Notes: a model not told the origin generated them from the sequence alone. Shown: positions 37,023 to 45,902, counted from the stretch's first letter. The stretch is DNA of 64,000 nt from an uncultured Rickettsiales bacterium (GCA_964588995.1 CAZPQM010000003.1:120187-184186); one strand, 5' to 3'. Program-made: numbers and translations.

Positions 37023-38340
37023 AATATTTTACCGAGTTCAATTTCTGAGTGTACAGCACGCGCGGATTATTTCTATCCTTTATCGTACGCAACTCCCAAA
37101 TAGTATTACCTTCCTCATCCACCTGTAAGACGGTTCCGGTTTCAGACGAAGAAACTATCATTGTGCCATCCGCTAAGCGCTTAGAATATCCGCGCCAATA
37201 GCTATATAGGTCTTTACCCAGCGGAGGTACGTAGATGTTACGCGTAATTTCAGTGCGCGGGTTATATTCCAGAATGCGTATATTTGGCACGGCAGCGGCA
37301 TGCTCACCTTTATCTGCAATGATCTGATAGCCGTCATTATCATAGATAACGATGTTGCCCTCATTATTCATGCGGACATGATGCTGATGTTTCCATGGAC
37401 CTTTACGCGCCCACACGACTTTTTGTGTAGAGGGGCGGACTATTGCAATGGTACTGTTGCCACGCAAGGAAACCAGCAGATCCCCTGCCTCAACAAAAGG
37501 CAGCGTACTAGCTTGTTCTGCGGTAATATAATCAATGGAATTCAGATGAATCGGATCATATACGGCTTCGTTGTGCCAAACAGTTTCCTGCGGGGTAATG
37601 TCAATGGCGAAGCTGTTCAGGTAAATAGCGTAATCGGAATCGCGAAACATCTTTTCCACGGGTATGGAGTCAAGCATCACCCCATCCGTAGAGACAATTT
37701 GAATCAGGCCGGTTATAACACTCGCATTGGTCGCACGCGTCTGGTCAATTTCCTCGAAGCTCTCTTCCAAGGCTGAACCGACCGAATAGATATTGCCGTC
37801 CTCCGCCAGGATCATATCATGATGGAAAAGTCCCGGTATTTCCCACAATATTTCACCATCCTTATTCATTCGGGCGATACGTTGCCCACGGTAATTATTC
37901 ATTTCCATAATGGACTCGGAGAAAATGACATCACCGTTGGGAAATAATACGGCATCTTCCACTGTAAATACGGCGCGTTTCGTGTCAAGGTTCTGTAGTT
38001 GATGTTTCTCCAGCGTAATAGGATTAGAAATTTTTTTATCAATATGCCATTCATGAACAACTTCGCCCTGATGATCAACCAGCGCGAGCGCAGGATTATT
38101 GATATAGAGCGGGCTTAGCAAAACGTACCCATTATGAACGCGTTTCGGGTCGTCCGTCCAGCTTGTAAGTTCCGTTGTAATATTCTTGGAGGTCTCGGCC
38201 TGCAGGGCAGAAGATAGCATCTGATCAAACTTTACGAAATAAAACGACGCTTTAGGGTGTTGCCCGAGCATAAGCCCAATGCCAAATGCAATCAGGCAAT
38301 AAAACAGAACGAGTAAAATGGTAGCAATTTTATAAAGCAT
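36991..38340 (-). CDS. membrane-anchored arylsulfotransferase (ASST, Arylsulfotran_2)-like beta-propeller protein
   Basis: 449 aa. N-terminal TM anchor. Blocks GLFHHDMILAEDGNIY, DPIHLNSIDYI, LLVSLRGNSTIAIV and HQHHVRMNNEGNIVIYDNDG resemble the ASST family pattern, recognised by eye. Confidence 0.5.
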   Translation of the reverse strand: MLYKIATILLVLFYCLIAFGIGLMLGQHPKASFYFVKFDQMLSSALQAETSKNITTELTSWTDDPKRVHNGYVLLSPLYINNPALALVDHQGEVVHEWHIDKKISNPITLEKHQLQNLDTKRAVFTVEDAVLFPNGDVIFSESIMEMNNYRGQRIARMNKDGEILWEIPGLFHHDMILAEDGNIYSVGSALEESFEEIDQTRATNASVITGLIQIVSTDGVMLDSIPVEKMFRDSDYAIYLNSFAIDITPQETVWHNEAVYDPIHLNSIDYITAEQASTLPFVEAGDLLVSLRGNSTIAIVRPSTQKVVWARKGPWKHQHHVRMNNEGNIVIYDNDGYQIIADKGEHAAAVPNIRILEYNPRTEITRNIYVPPLGKDLYSYWRGYSKRLADGTMIVSSSETGTVLQVDEEGNTIWELRTIKDRNNPRVLYTQKLNSVKYYAKDAINFLD

Positions 38341-38348
38341 AACGCATT

Positions 38349-38471
38349 TTAAGGCTGGATGGCATCAGGGGTGGTGCGATCGGGAATATACAGATCGTCC
38401 TTCACTCCGCAGGCGGATAGCAAAAGCCCGCTACAAAGGGCCAGAGTCATGAGTGTACTTAAACGTAACAT
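38349..38471 (-). CDS. LptM/YifL/LppL-like small lipoprotein (below the ORF-track size cutoff)
   Basis: Own translation: MLRLSTLMTLALCSGLLLSACGVKDDLYIPDRTTPDAIQP. The lipobox LSAC followed by G-x-K-x-x-LY-x-P matches the LptM motif CGLKGPLYFP. Confidence 0.6.
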   Translation of the reverse strand: MLRLSTLMTLALCSGLLLSACGVKDDLYIPDRTTPDAIQP

Positions 38472-38481
38472 GTTAGGTCTC

Positions 38482-38832
38482 CTAATAATTCGGTATTCGC
38501 GAGTGAGGGGCTAGCTGAAATTCTTTTCGGCTGCTTTGCGAGCGCACGAAGAAGGCCCGGAGTCGTGCCTGACGTGCCGCTTCCATCTCTTCCTCTGTCA
38601 TCTGTTCCTCCTCGTCATCGTCGTCATTATTATTCTGATCGTTGCCTTGCGGTAACTTGCAGAAGCCGGTTATCTCATCACAAAAAAAACCATCTGCCGT
38701 GCCACCACAGGCGGATAGTAGAGACATAGAGGCAAGCGTCATCACGAGGAGACACAGCCGATGAAGTGATCTCGTGACGCGACTGCTTCCAAAGATTGCT
38801 TCGCTATGCTCGCAATGACTAATATCACTCAT
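38482..38832 (-). CDS. putative acidic lipoprotein; the 5' part of the ORF is built from hairpin repeat units
   Basis: 116-aa ORF. Internal [14 protein letters not shown] lipobox (ATG 38742). Mature part contains [21 protein letters not shown]. Residues 1-30 are translated repeat ([11 protein letters not shown]...). The true start is uncertain. Confidence 0.4.
   Translation of the reverse strand: MSDISHCEHSEAIFGSSRVTRSLHRLCLLVMTLASMSLLSACGGTADGFFCDEITGFCKLPQGNDQNNNDDDDEEEQMTEEEMEAARQARLRAFFVRSQSSRKEFQLAPHSRIPNY
38738..38823. repeat. two GTCAT...ATCTC hairpin units directly downstream of argH
   Basis: Units at 38738-38773(+, gtcatcacgagg...gtgatctc) and 38796-38823(-, aagattgcttcgctatgctcgcaatgac). 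The second ends 5 nt from the argH stop. Confidence 0.7.
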
Positions 38833-40232
38833 GCCGTCAACCCATAGGCTTTTGCAGCGCGGCTTAGCGCATCTTTCACCTGTTCTGGTGCCGTACCGCC
38901 ATAACTCGTGCGGCTGCTGACGGAGGCTTCTACGCTCAGCACGGAAAAAACATCCTCCGTAATCCGCGGTTCAATTGACTGCATTTCATCTAATGACAAC
39001 GCATCCAGCCGTACGCCTTTTTCGGCAGCTTTATTGACGATACGGCCTGTAATATGGTGGCATTCACGAAAAGGTAAACCCAGTACGCGTACGAGCCAAT
39101 CAGCCAGATCGGTTGCGGTAGAAAAGCCTTGCTGCGCTGCAGCATGCATCGCATCTTTCTGCACGGTGATGTCTTCGAACATACCTTTCATAGCATTGAG
39201 ACAGAGTTCCATATTGGCCGCAGCGGCAAACACACATTCTTTATCTTCCTGCATGTCCTTGCTGTAGGCAAGTGGCAAGCCTTTCATCACGGTAAGCAGC
39301 TGCATCAGACTACCATTAAACCGCCCGGTTTTGGCGCGTATCAATTCCGCTGCATCCGGGTTGCGCTTCTGTGGCATGATGGAAGAACCGGTTGTATAGC
39401 GCTCGGAGAGTGTAATAAACTGAAATCCGCTGGAAACAAACAGGACGAGCTCTTCCGACAAACGTGAAAGATGGGTGCCCAGAATGGCTGACGTCGAAAG
39501 ATACTCCAGCGCAAAATCCCGCGCGGAGACGGAATCGAGTGAATTTTCCGTGGGCTTATGGAATCCGAGCGTTTCCGCTGTTTGATGTCGATCAATCGGG
39601 AAAGAGGTGCCGGCAAGCGCGGCGGCGCCGAGCGGGCATTCATTTGCGCGTTCTTTGCAATCAGTAAGGCGACCCCGATCACGCCCGAACATCTCGATAT
39701 AAGCGTGCAGATGGTGGCCAAAGGTAACGGGTTGCGCCGTTTGCAGGTGGGTGTAGCCCGGCATAACCGTGTCGGTATGGTCCTTAGCGATATCATAGAG
39801 CGCCTGCTGCAGGCCGTGCAGTAGGCCATCCAGCCGGGCGCAGCTATCCAGCAGCCAGAGGCGGAAATCGGTAGCCACCTGATCGTTTCGGGAACGCGCG
39901 GTATGGAGTTTACCGGCCACCTCGCCAATCTTTTCTTTGAGTGCAGCTTCGATATTCATATGAATATCCTCAAGCGCGGCACGGAAGCTAAAATGACCGG
40001 CCTCAATATCCTGCTCAATGGCGGAAAGCCCTCGGGTAATCTGCTCGGCTTCCTCTTCCGTTAAAATATTTTGCTTTGCCAGCATGGAAACATGTGCTTT
40101 CGAGCCCGAAATATCCTGTCGGTAGAGCGCTTTATCGACCTCGATTGATTGATTGATCGCTTCCATCACCTCAGATGGGCCGCCGGAAAAATGGCCTCCC
40201 CACATCGGGTTCGCTGAAGCTTTTCTTGTCAT
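38829..40232 (-). CDS. argH: argininosuccinate lyase
   Basis: 467 aa. [11 protein letters not shown]..., [27 protein letters not shown] signature. Confidence 0.95.
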   Translation of the reverse strand: MTRKASANPMWGGHFSGGPSEVMEAINQSIEVDKALYRQDISGSKAHVSMLAKQNILTEEEAEQITRGLSAIEQDIEAGHFSFRAALEDIHMNIEAALKEKIGEVAGKLHTARSRNDQVATDFRLWLLDSCARLDGLLHGLQQALYDIAKDHTDTVMPGYTHLQTAQPVTFGHHLHAYIEMFGRDRGRLTDCKERANECPLGAAALAGTSFPIDRHQTAETLGFHKPTENSLDSVSARDFALEYLSTSAILGTHLSRLSEELVLFVSSGFQFITLSERYTTGSSIMPQKRNPDAAELIRAKTGRFNGSLMQLLTVMKGLPLAYSKDMQEDKECVFAAAANMELCLNAMKGMFEDITVQKDAMHAAAQQGFSTATDLADWLVRVLGLPFRECHHITGRIVNKAAEKGVRLDALSLDEMQSIEPRITEDVFSVLSVEASVSSRTSYGGTAPEQVKDALSRAAKAYGLTA

Positions 40233-40287
40233 ATGCCATGCAACGTGTAATAGTTATAAACAGCAGAATTGATACTGGATTTGTACC

Positions 40288-40836
40288 ATGATGAAAACCA
40301 CAAAATGGCTTTTTAGCATAGGATTACTGCTTTTTTCGCTTCCGCTGCAGGCGCAAGAGGGGGGCGCTGCAACTGATTTGCAAACCCGCCTCGATAAAGT
40401 TTTGCAAGAAGCGGGTAAGGGGGATCAGCCGGCGCCATCGATTCCCTTTACGGCAGCTGAAGGCGAGAAAACCCTGCATGATTTTAACGGTAAGGTGGTT
40501 CTTGTTAATTTCTGGGCGACTTGGTGCCCGCCCTGCATCAAGGAAATGCCGATGTTAGAACAGTTGTCCGAGGACTATGCCGATGAGGGATTTGAAGTGG
40601 TAGCGATATCCATTGACTTTAAAGGGTTTGAAACCGCGAATAAGTTCTTGAAACGGCATAATATCGATCTAGCTACCTATGCTGACCGGAAAACGCGTTT
40701 ATATGATGCGTTTGCAGCGGATGGATTGCCCTTTAGTGTGTTGATTGACCGGAAAGGAAACATGATAGAGCGGTTTCACGGTTTTTTTGACTGGGGTGCA
40801 ACTGAAATGCGTGCAAAAATCGACAAGTTATTGTAA
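40288..40836 (+). CDS. tlpA: TlpA-like periplasmic thiol:disulfide oxidoreductase
   Basis: Signal peptide. VLVNFWATWCPPCIKEMP thioredoxin motif. Divergent from argH. Confidence 0.8.
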   Translation: MMKTTKWLFSIGLLLFSLPLQAQEGGAATDLQTRLDKVLQEAGKGDQPAPSIPFTAAEGEKTLHDFNGKVVLVNFWATWCPPCIKEMPMLEQLSEDYADEGFEVVAISIDFKGFETANKFLKRHNIDLATYADRKTRLYDAFAADGLPFSVLIDRKGNMIERFHGFFDWGATEMRAKIDKLL

Positions 40837-40881
40837 AATCATAGTATTGTTAATAAGGGGTAAAGAAGAGTGGTTCTCTAC

Positions 40882-41382
40882 ATGCAGGATGCACTTGCAA
40901 ATAATCCGCTAAAATCATTTAACGTATTGATCGTTGATAATGATGTAAAACTGGTACGTTTACTTCGAAATATCCTGCATGCGTTCGGTTTTACTTCGAT
41001 TGACGTGGCCTCTGACGGTTCTGAGGCCTTTGAAAAAATGGAAGAGAGCAAGTATGATATTATCGTACTTGACTGGGTAATGGAGCCGATGGACGGGTTG
41101 TCATTTGTGCAAAAATTACGTGATGATGAAACAAACAAAAATATTTTTGCTCATGTGATTATGCTAAGTGGTAGAGCTGAGCGTGAAAATATTATGAAAG
41201 CGCGCGATGCCGGCGTGACGGAGTTTATGGCTAAGCCGTTCTCGATTGCTGGTTTTCGGGAGCGGATTATTTCGGTGATAGAATCGCCTCGTGAGTTTGT
41301 GATAGCGCCGACCTATGCTGGTCCTTCTCGCAGGCGGCGTAATCTACCCCCTCCGGATGGGGTAGATCGGAGAGAAGTATGA
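40882..41382 (+). CDS. single-domain CheY-like response regulator with Arg-rich C-terminal tail
   Basis: Receiver residues are present (VDND, IVLDWVMEPMDG, VIMLSG, AKPF). A 20-aa tail GPSRRRRNLPPPDGVDRREV follows. ATG 40882 lies within ORF 40870..41382. Confidence 0.8.
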   Translation: MQDALANNPLKSFNVLIVDNDVKLVRLLRNILHAFGFTSIDVASDGSEAFEKMEESKYDIIVLDWVMEPMDGLSFVQKLRDDETNKNIFAHVIMLSGRAERENIMKARDAGVTEFMAKPFSIAGFRERIISVIESPREFVIAPTYAGPSRRRRNLPPPDGVDRREV

Positions 41383-41885
41383 TTCGCGAACCTAAAATTA
41401 AGCAGGTCAAAGACGATGTCTATATCCGCGAAAAGGATATGGAGCTGATTTCGCGTCTGGGGGGTGCTAATCTGCGTAACCTCATAGGTGAGAAGCAGAT
41501 GCGCAATGCCAGCGAAAAAGTAGAGAATATGGGTAATGAATATGTGGATGAGGCGTGTCTTGAAGTAGCGGCACTTTTTGCGGCCTATGAATCCTTTACG
41601 CTCGGTCAGGATAAGGCGGCCTATAGTTTTCATGATTTCATTGATAGGGTGCTGAATATTAAAAGCATGGCAGGCATGTTCGGTTATCCACTGGCAACGA
41701 CTATTGCGCATTCACTCTATATTTTTTGTGAAAAAAGTTTATTCGATGATCAGCGGGAGTTGGATGTAATTCGGCTGCACATCGTGATGTTGGAGCGCAT
41801 TTTTATGGATCGCGTGCAGGATGATGGTGGAGAGCTGGGACGTGAAATAGTCAAGCAGCTCAGGCAGGTTACGAGCCATCTATGA
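41379..41885 (+). CDS. hypothetical helical protein, possibly Hpt-like without the phospho-accepting His
   Basis: 168 aa. Start overlaps the regulator stop (ATGA). FIDRVLNIKSMAGMFGYPLATTIAHSLY resembles the Hpt helix (H-x-L-K-G-x-A-x-x-x-G) but has Asn at the His position. Confidence 0.35.
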   Translation: MIREPKIKQVKDDVYIREKDMELISRLGGANLRNLIGEKQMRNASEKVENMGNEYVDEACLEVAALFAAYESFTLGQDKAAYSFHDFIDRVLNIKSMAGMFGYPLATTIAHSLYIFCEKSLFDDQRELDVIRLHIVMLERIFMDRVQDDGGELGREIVKQLRQVTSHL

Positions 41886-42676
41886 CAAAGGTGACTCCTG
41901 ACGCCATTGCGGTCATCGCCGATAAAGATCCGAGTGCGCAAGAGGCTCAGGAAGTGCTTGCCGGTAAATACGGGTTTGAGGAATTACCCCGGCTCGGCTG
42001 TCCCACCGAGGCCAAACTGATTATTGTGCTCGGTGGCGATGGCTTTATGCTCCACACGCTGCATCAATGTATGAGCAAGGGGCTGAACATGTTCGGTATG
42101 AATACCGGCACGGTTGGGTTCCTGATGAATGAATACGATCCCGAGAATTTACTTGAGCGCATTGAAAAAGCACAGCTAACTGAAATTCACCCTCTACGTA
42201 TGCGGGCTATTACCGAATCGGGCGAAGTGCATGAGAAGCTTGCCATTAATGAAGTTTCGTTGCTGCGAAGCAGCGGCCAGGCCGCGAAAATCCGGGTCAC
42301 GGTGGATGATGCCGTCGTGATGGAGGAGTTGGTGGCAGATGGAGTGCTGGTGGCAACGCCGGCAGGCTCGAGCGCGTATAATTTTTCCGTAGGCGGTCCG
42401 ATTATGCCGCTCAAAAGCAACCTGATCGCGCTAACGCCGATTGCGCCGTTTCGTCCGAGGCGCTGGCGTGGAGCGTTGTTGCCCCATAACAGCATCATTC
42501 AGTTCGATATTCTAAAGCATTATAAGCGGCCCGTGAACGCGGTAGCGGATTTCAAAGAGGTAGGGAGCATAACTTCGGTCACGGTAGAGGAGTTTCACGA
42601 TGTAAAAATTCGTATGTTGTTTGATAAAGGCCACTCGCTGGAAGAACGCATCCTGCGCGAGCAATTTACCGCATAA
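41882..42676 (+). CDS. nadK: NAD kinase
   Basis: 264 aa. IIVLGGDGFMLH, ATPAGSSAYNFSVGGPI. Start overlaps the upstream stop. Confidence 0.9.
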   Translation: MTKVTPDAIAVIADKDPSAQEAQEVLAGKYGFEELPRLGCPTEAKLIIVLGGDGFMLHTLHQCMSKGLNMFGMNTGTVGFLMNEYDPENLLERIEKAQLTEIHPLRMRAITESGEVHEKLAINEVSLLRSSGQAAKIRVTVDDAVVMEELVADGVLVATPAGSSAYNFSVGGPIMPLKSNLIALTPIAPFRPRRWRGALLPHNSIIQFDILKHYKRPVNAVADFKEVGSITSVTVEEFHDVKIRMLFDKGHSLEERILREQFTA

Positions 42677-42708
42677 AAAAACCCCGCCCTGCACGGATGC
42701 AAGGCGGG
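42675..42708 (-). terminator. rho-independent terminator (minus-strand sense)
   Basis: The minus strand reads CCCGCCTTGCA-tccg-TGCAGGGCGGG followed by g and a run of T. The stem is 11 bp with one G-U. It lies downstream of the small ORF 42828-42968 and directly after the nadK stop. There is no T-tract on the plus strand. Confidence 0.6.
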
Positions 42709-42827
42709 TGATTCTCCCTCTAAGCGTCAATCATGTTGCAAATAACCTATCCTATAGGGCAGTTTGCTGCTATCCGGCTTCCGGCCATCCCCTGTCAATT
42801 TCCAGCCTGCCAGATAGCAACGCTGTA

Positions 42828-42968
42828 TTAGAAATTATATGAACGAAGGACGTCGCTCATTTGATTCGACTTATTAAAGCCTTCATATTCATGCTTGAAC
42901 ATCACATCCAGATCGGCAAATAAGTCGTCCTCATGCATGTCATTCAGTTTTACTTCATATTCTTCCAT
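42828..42968 (-). CDS. candidate small acidic protein (46 aa, below the ORF-track cutoff)
   Basis: Own translation: MEEYEVKLNDMHEDDLFADLDVMFKHEYEGFNKSNQMSDVLRSYNF. GAGGAG SD 8 nt upstream, a terminator downstream and a TTAA-N7-TTAAC box upstream. Confidence 0.4.
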   Translation of the reverse strand: MEEYEVKLNDMHEDDLFADLDVMFKHEYEGFNKSNQMSDVLRSYNF

Positions 42969-43029
42969 GGTGTTACTCCTCAAAAAATGTTTCATCACAA
43001 CAACGAAAAGCCAGTATACGGAGTAATGT

Positions 43030-43045
43030 TTAAGAAAGATTTAAC
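43030..43045. promoter_or_regulatory. CtrA-box-like motif TTAA-gaaagat-TTAAC
   Basis: Perfect match to TTAA-N7-TTAAC, 62-77 nt upstream of the small ORF start at 42968. It could occur by chance in AT-rich DNA. Confidence 0.3.
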
Positions 43046-43190
43046 GGGATGCATTTTTATGCGGCATTTTCAGCACAAAATGCACACTGTTTATTAACGT
43101 TTGAGGCAGCATACGGCTCAAAGCCCTAGAAAAGCAGGATAAAAGGTTAAGAAATAAAGGTATGATAAAAAGCAGAAAAAAAGGGTTTTT

Positions 43191-44579
43191 CTATATTTCA
43201 GCTGCCTTTCCGCCTTTGGAAACCTCTTTTTCGATACATTCGATCATCAATGCGGCAATATCTTTACCGGTGGCGGTCTCGACGCCCTCCAACCCGGGTG
43301 AGGAGTTAACCTCGAGAATTTTGGGCCCATCATCGGAACGAATGATATCAACACCCGCCACTTTCAGCCCGACGACCTTGGCCGCCTTAATCGCAAGCTT
43401 ACGTTCGGCAGCGGTGAGTTTCACATTTTCCGCATGGCCCCCGAGATGTAGATTAGCACGGAATTCTCCGGGCGCTGCTACACGCTGAATGGAGGCGACC
43501 ACCTTCCCGTCAATTACAAAACAGCGTATGTCTTTACCACCGGCTTCTTTAATAAACTCCTGAGCAAGAATATGCGCATCCAGGCTTTTAAACGCGTTAA
43601 TGACCGATTCAGCTGCTTTCGCCGTTTCCGCCAGCACCACTCCACGTCCTTGCGCGCCTTCCAGCAATTTCACAACGACCGGAGCGCCGCCGACATGTTG
43701 CACGAGGTCTTTCGTATCCTCAATGGAGTGCGCGAAGCTGGTCACCGGCATATTCACACCTTTCCGCGCCATCATCTGCAGGGTGCGGAGCTTATCCCGG
43801 CTGCGCGCAATCGCAACCGAATCATTCAGGCAATAGGCGCCCATCGTCTGAAACTGTCGTACCACCGCGCAACCATAAAAGGTCATGGACGGGCGGATGC
43901 GTGGAATAACGGCTTCCACATCACCAAGCTCTTCTCCCCCGCGGTAATATACCATGGGATTATTGGCCGTAATGTTCATATAGCAGTTCTGCACACGGAT
44001 GAATTGCATCTCATGGCCGCGCTGTTTCCCCGCTTCGATAATGCGCTTATTCGAATAGAGGTCTGGATTATTCGCAAGCAAGGCAATCGAAAGCGGATTA
44101 TGGTGTTTTTGCGTCGTACGGTAATAGCCGCGCGCTTCCTGTTCGCTGATGCGGCCCAGCTTGAAAGCTTCTTCAGGGTCAACCATAAGGCGGCCTTTCA
44201 TGGCTTCGCGGCCGATCAGCATACGATACCCCATGGAATCCCGGTTGGTCAGCGTGATTTCGATGGGCCAGCTTTCTCCGCCCAGCTGGAGTTGCGTTAG
44301 AATGACATGCCGTTTTTCGCTCTCGCCGCTCGAACTCTTAACCATGCGCCGGTCAATTACTTCGGCCTCACACCGCTTTACGATTTCCCGGTTACCCTGA
44401 ATAGGATGGACGCGAAAACGTACATGGGGCTTGCCGTCCCGTTCAAAGGGCTGGATCTGATAAGCATGCAGCGCAGAGGTTTTGGCACCGGAATCCACCC
44501 TGGCCTTAACCGCCGGCAGGTTTAGTTCCGGCAGATTGCACCATTCTTCGCGGCCGATAACGGTTTTTTCAGACATCAC
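43191..44579 (-). CDS. rimK: RimK-family alpha-L-glutamate ligase fused to an N-terminal RimB-like (ATP-dependent zinc protease / retropepsin-like) domain
   Basis: The N-terminal ~140 aa [41 protein letters not shown] form a Zn_protease-type domain. The C-terminal ~300 aa form an ATP-grasp domain ([25 protein letters not shown]). Confidence 0.8.
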   Translation of the reverse strand: MMSEKTVIGREEWCNLPELNLPAVKARVDSGAKTSALHAYQIQPFERDGKPHVRFRVHPIQGNREIVKRCEAEVIDRRMVKSSSGESEKRHVILTQLQLGGESWPIEITLTNRDSMGYRMLIGREAMKGRLMVDPEEAFKLGRISEQEARGYYRTTQKHHNPLSIALLANNPDLYSNKRIIEAGKQRGHEMQFIRVQNCYMNITANNPMVYYRGGEELGDVEAVIPRIRPSMTFYGCAVVRQFQTMGAYCLNDSVAIARSRDKLRTLQMMARKGVNMPVTSFAHSIEDTKDLVQHVGGAPVVVKLLEGAQGRGVVLAETAKAAESVINAFKSLDAHILAQEFIKEAGGKDIRCFVIDGKVVASIQRVAAPGEFRANLHLGGHAENVKLTAAERKLAIKAAKVVGLKVAGVDIIRSDDGPKILEVNSSPGLEGVETATGKDIAALMIECIEKEVSKGGKAAEI

Positions 44580-44607
44580 ACATCCCTTTCGCTCATGCCC
44601 TCGCTGC

Positions 44608-45567
44608 TTAATCGTTTAAGAGGAAGAGTGCAAGCACCGTTTTCTGGAACGCTTTGAAATTATTGTCCGACAGGGTGAGTAGGTAGGTTCGGCCATCGCG
44701 TTGAAAGCTCGCGAGCCCTTCGGCATTGTCGATATTCATATCGTTGTCCAGAAAGGCGAGCTCTTCCGCATCCAAAGTGCTGCCGGGGAATATTTCCGGA
44801 TCGGAAACGCGCAGGATGCGATGTTTCAGCCCGCTGAAAATGCCGAAGGAACGCTCAAGAAACAGTAGGTCGCCGCTAGGAAGGCGGGTGGCATCAGTCA
44901 GCGCAAAATCTTTGTAATGCGGGTAGTTGATCGGCTCCGGCGGGCTGTCATTGGAAAAACGCCAGCCGATAATCTGGTTTTTTTCGTTGAGGCTGTCTTC
45001 CGCAAAGATCAGCAAGGAACCATCGGGCTGCAATATGATCGACTCAATGCCGCCATTATGATTGAGCTGATCGCTGATGTGCGCATCGAACACCATGGCA
45101 TTCGTTGTATAGCGGTTCGTTTCAGGATGTTTGAACATACGTTCAAGCCGGTGAATGCGCTCATAGGCGATGAAAAACGCATCTTCAGCGTACTTTACGA
45201 TCGCTTCGGCATCTTTATGCATCGACTCTTTGTAGGAAGTCGGGATGGGGCCAAAAACATTCACGTCGATCGCCCGCAGGCGGTGTTGATCCCAGTGAAG
45301 CGTCGCATCCAGAAAGAACCCGCGATCGGTCACCGCGTAGAGCCGTTCTCCGTCCCCGGTGACATCCAGGCCGGATAGTCCGCCAAAGCGGGGGTTTTCC
45401 GCCGTAAGCTCCCACGCACCCAACAGGGTGAGGTCATCGACCGGGCAGGGCAGGCTTTCACAGCGATCGGAAATGATATGCGGCTTAATCTGAATGGAAA
45501 GCGGAGAAGCGAAAGCATTGCTGATGATCAGGCCACAAAACAGCCCGGTAATAAGGTGTCGAATCAC
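44608..45567 (-). CDS. secreted phytase-like esterase family protein
   Basis: [24 protein letters not shown] resembles the esterase-like-activity-of-phytase domain. GTG 45567 overlaps the upstream stop (GTGA) and gives the signal peptide [20 protein letters not shown]. The ORF opens at 45597. Confidence 0.5.
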   Translation of the reverse strand: MIRHLITGLFCGLIISNAFASPLSIQIKPHIISDRCESLPCPVDDLTLLGAWELTAENPRFGGLSGLDVTGDGERLYAVTDRGFFLDATLHWDQHRLRAIDVNVFGPIPTSYKESMHKDAEAIVKYAEDAFFIAYERIHRLERMFKHPETNRYTTNAMVFDAHISDQLNHNGGIESIILQPDGSLLIFAEDSLNEKNQIIGWRFSNDSPPEPINYPHYKDFALTDATRLPSGDLLFLERSFGIFSGLKHRILRVSDPEIFPGSTLDAEELAFLDNDMNIDNAEGLASFQRDGRTYLLTLSDNNFKAFQKTVLALFLLND

Positions 45568-45902
45568 AGGCTTTCCTGTAAAACTTGCTTCCGGCAATAG
45601 GTAAAGGCGTCCTTCCAGCCGCGGTGATATTCATCGTTTTGCGCAAGGCGCCAGTCCTGCTCGAACAGGCGTCGATATTGAAATACGTTATTGGCCGAGG
45701 ACGCAGCACCGGTCTGACAGCCATGTTGCCAACCCTGAATGTAAAGCGGGGAATAATTGCCGCGTGATGGCGGGCCGTCATACATGGTATAGCCCGGTTT
45801 GGAGGCGCAGGCGGATAACAGCATCATCAGCGTTCCAATCTGAATCAAGGTTAAGCATCCCGCCCAAGCAGAACAACGTGATGTAAGTCGTATCCGTATC
45901 AT
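45564..45902 (-). CDS. small lipoprotein, paralogue B (GW..GC..G / Y..GW.DA..YC family)
   Basis: 112 aa. Lipobox LLSAC. Shares motifs with the upstream gene. ATGA start/stop overlap. Confidence 0.6.
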   Translation of the reverse strand: MIRIRLTSRCSAWAGCLTLIQIGTLMMLLSACASKPGYTMYDGPPSRGNYSPLYIQGWQHGCQTGAASSANNVFQYRRLFEQDWRLAQNDEYHRGWKDAFTYCRKQVLQESL

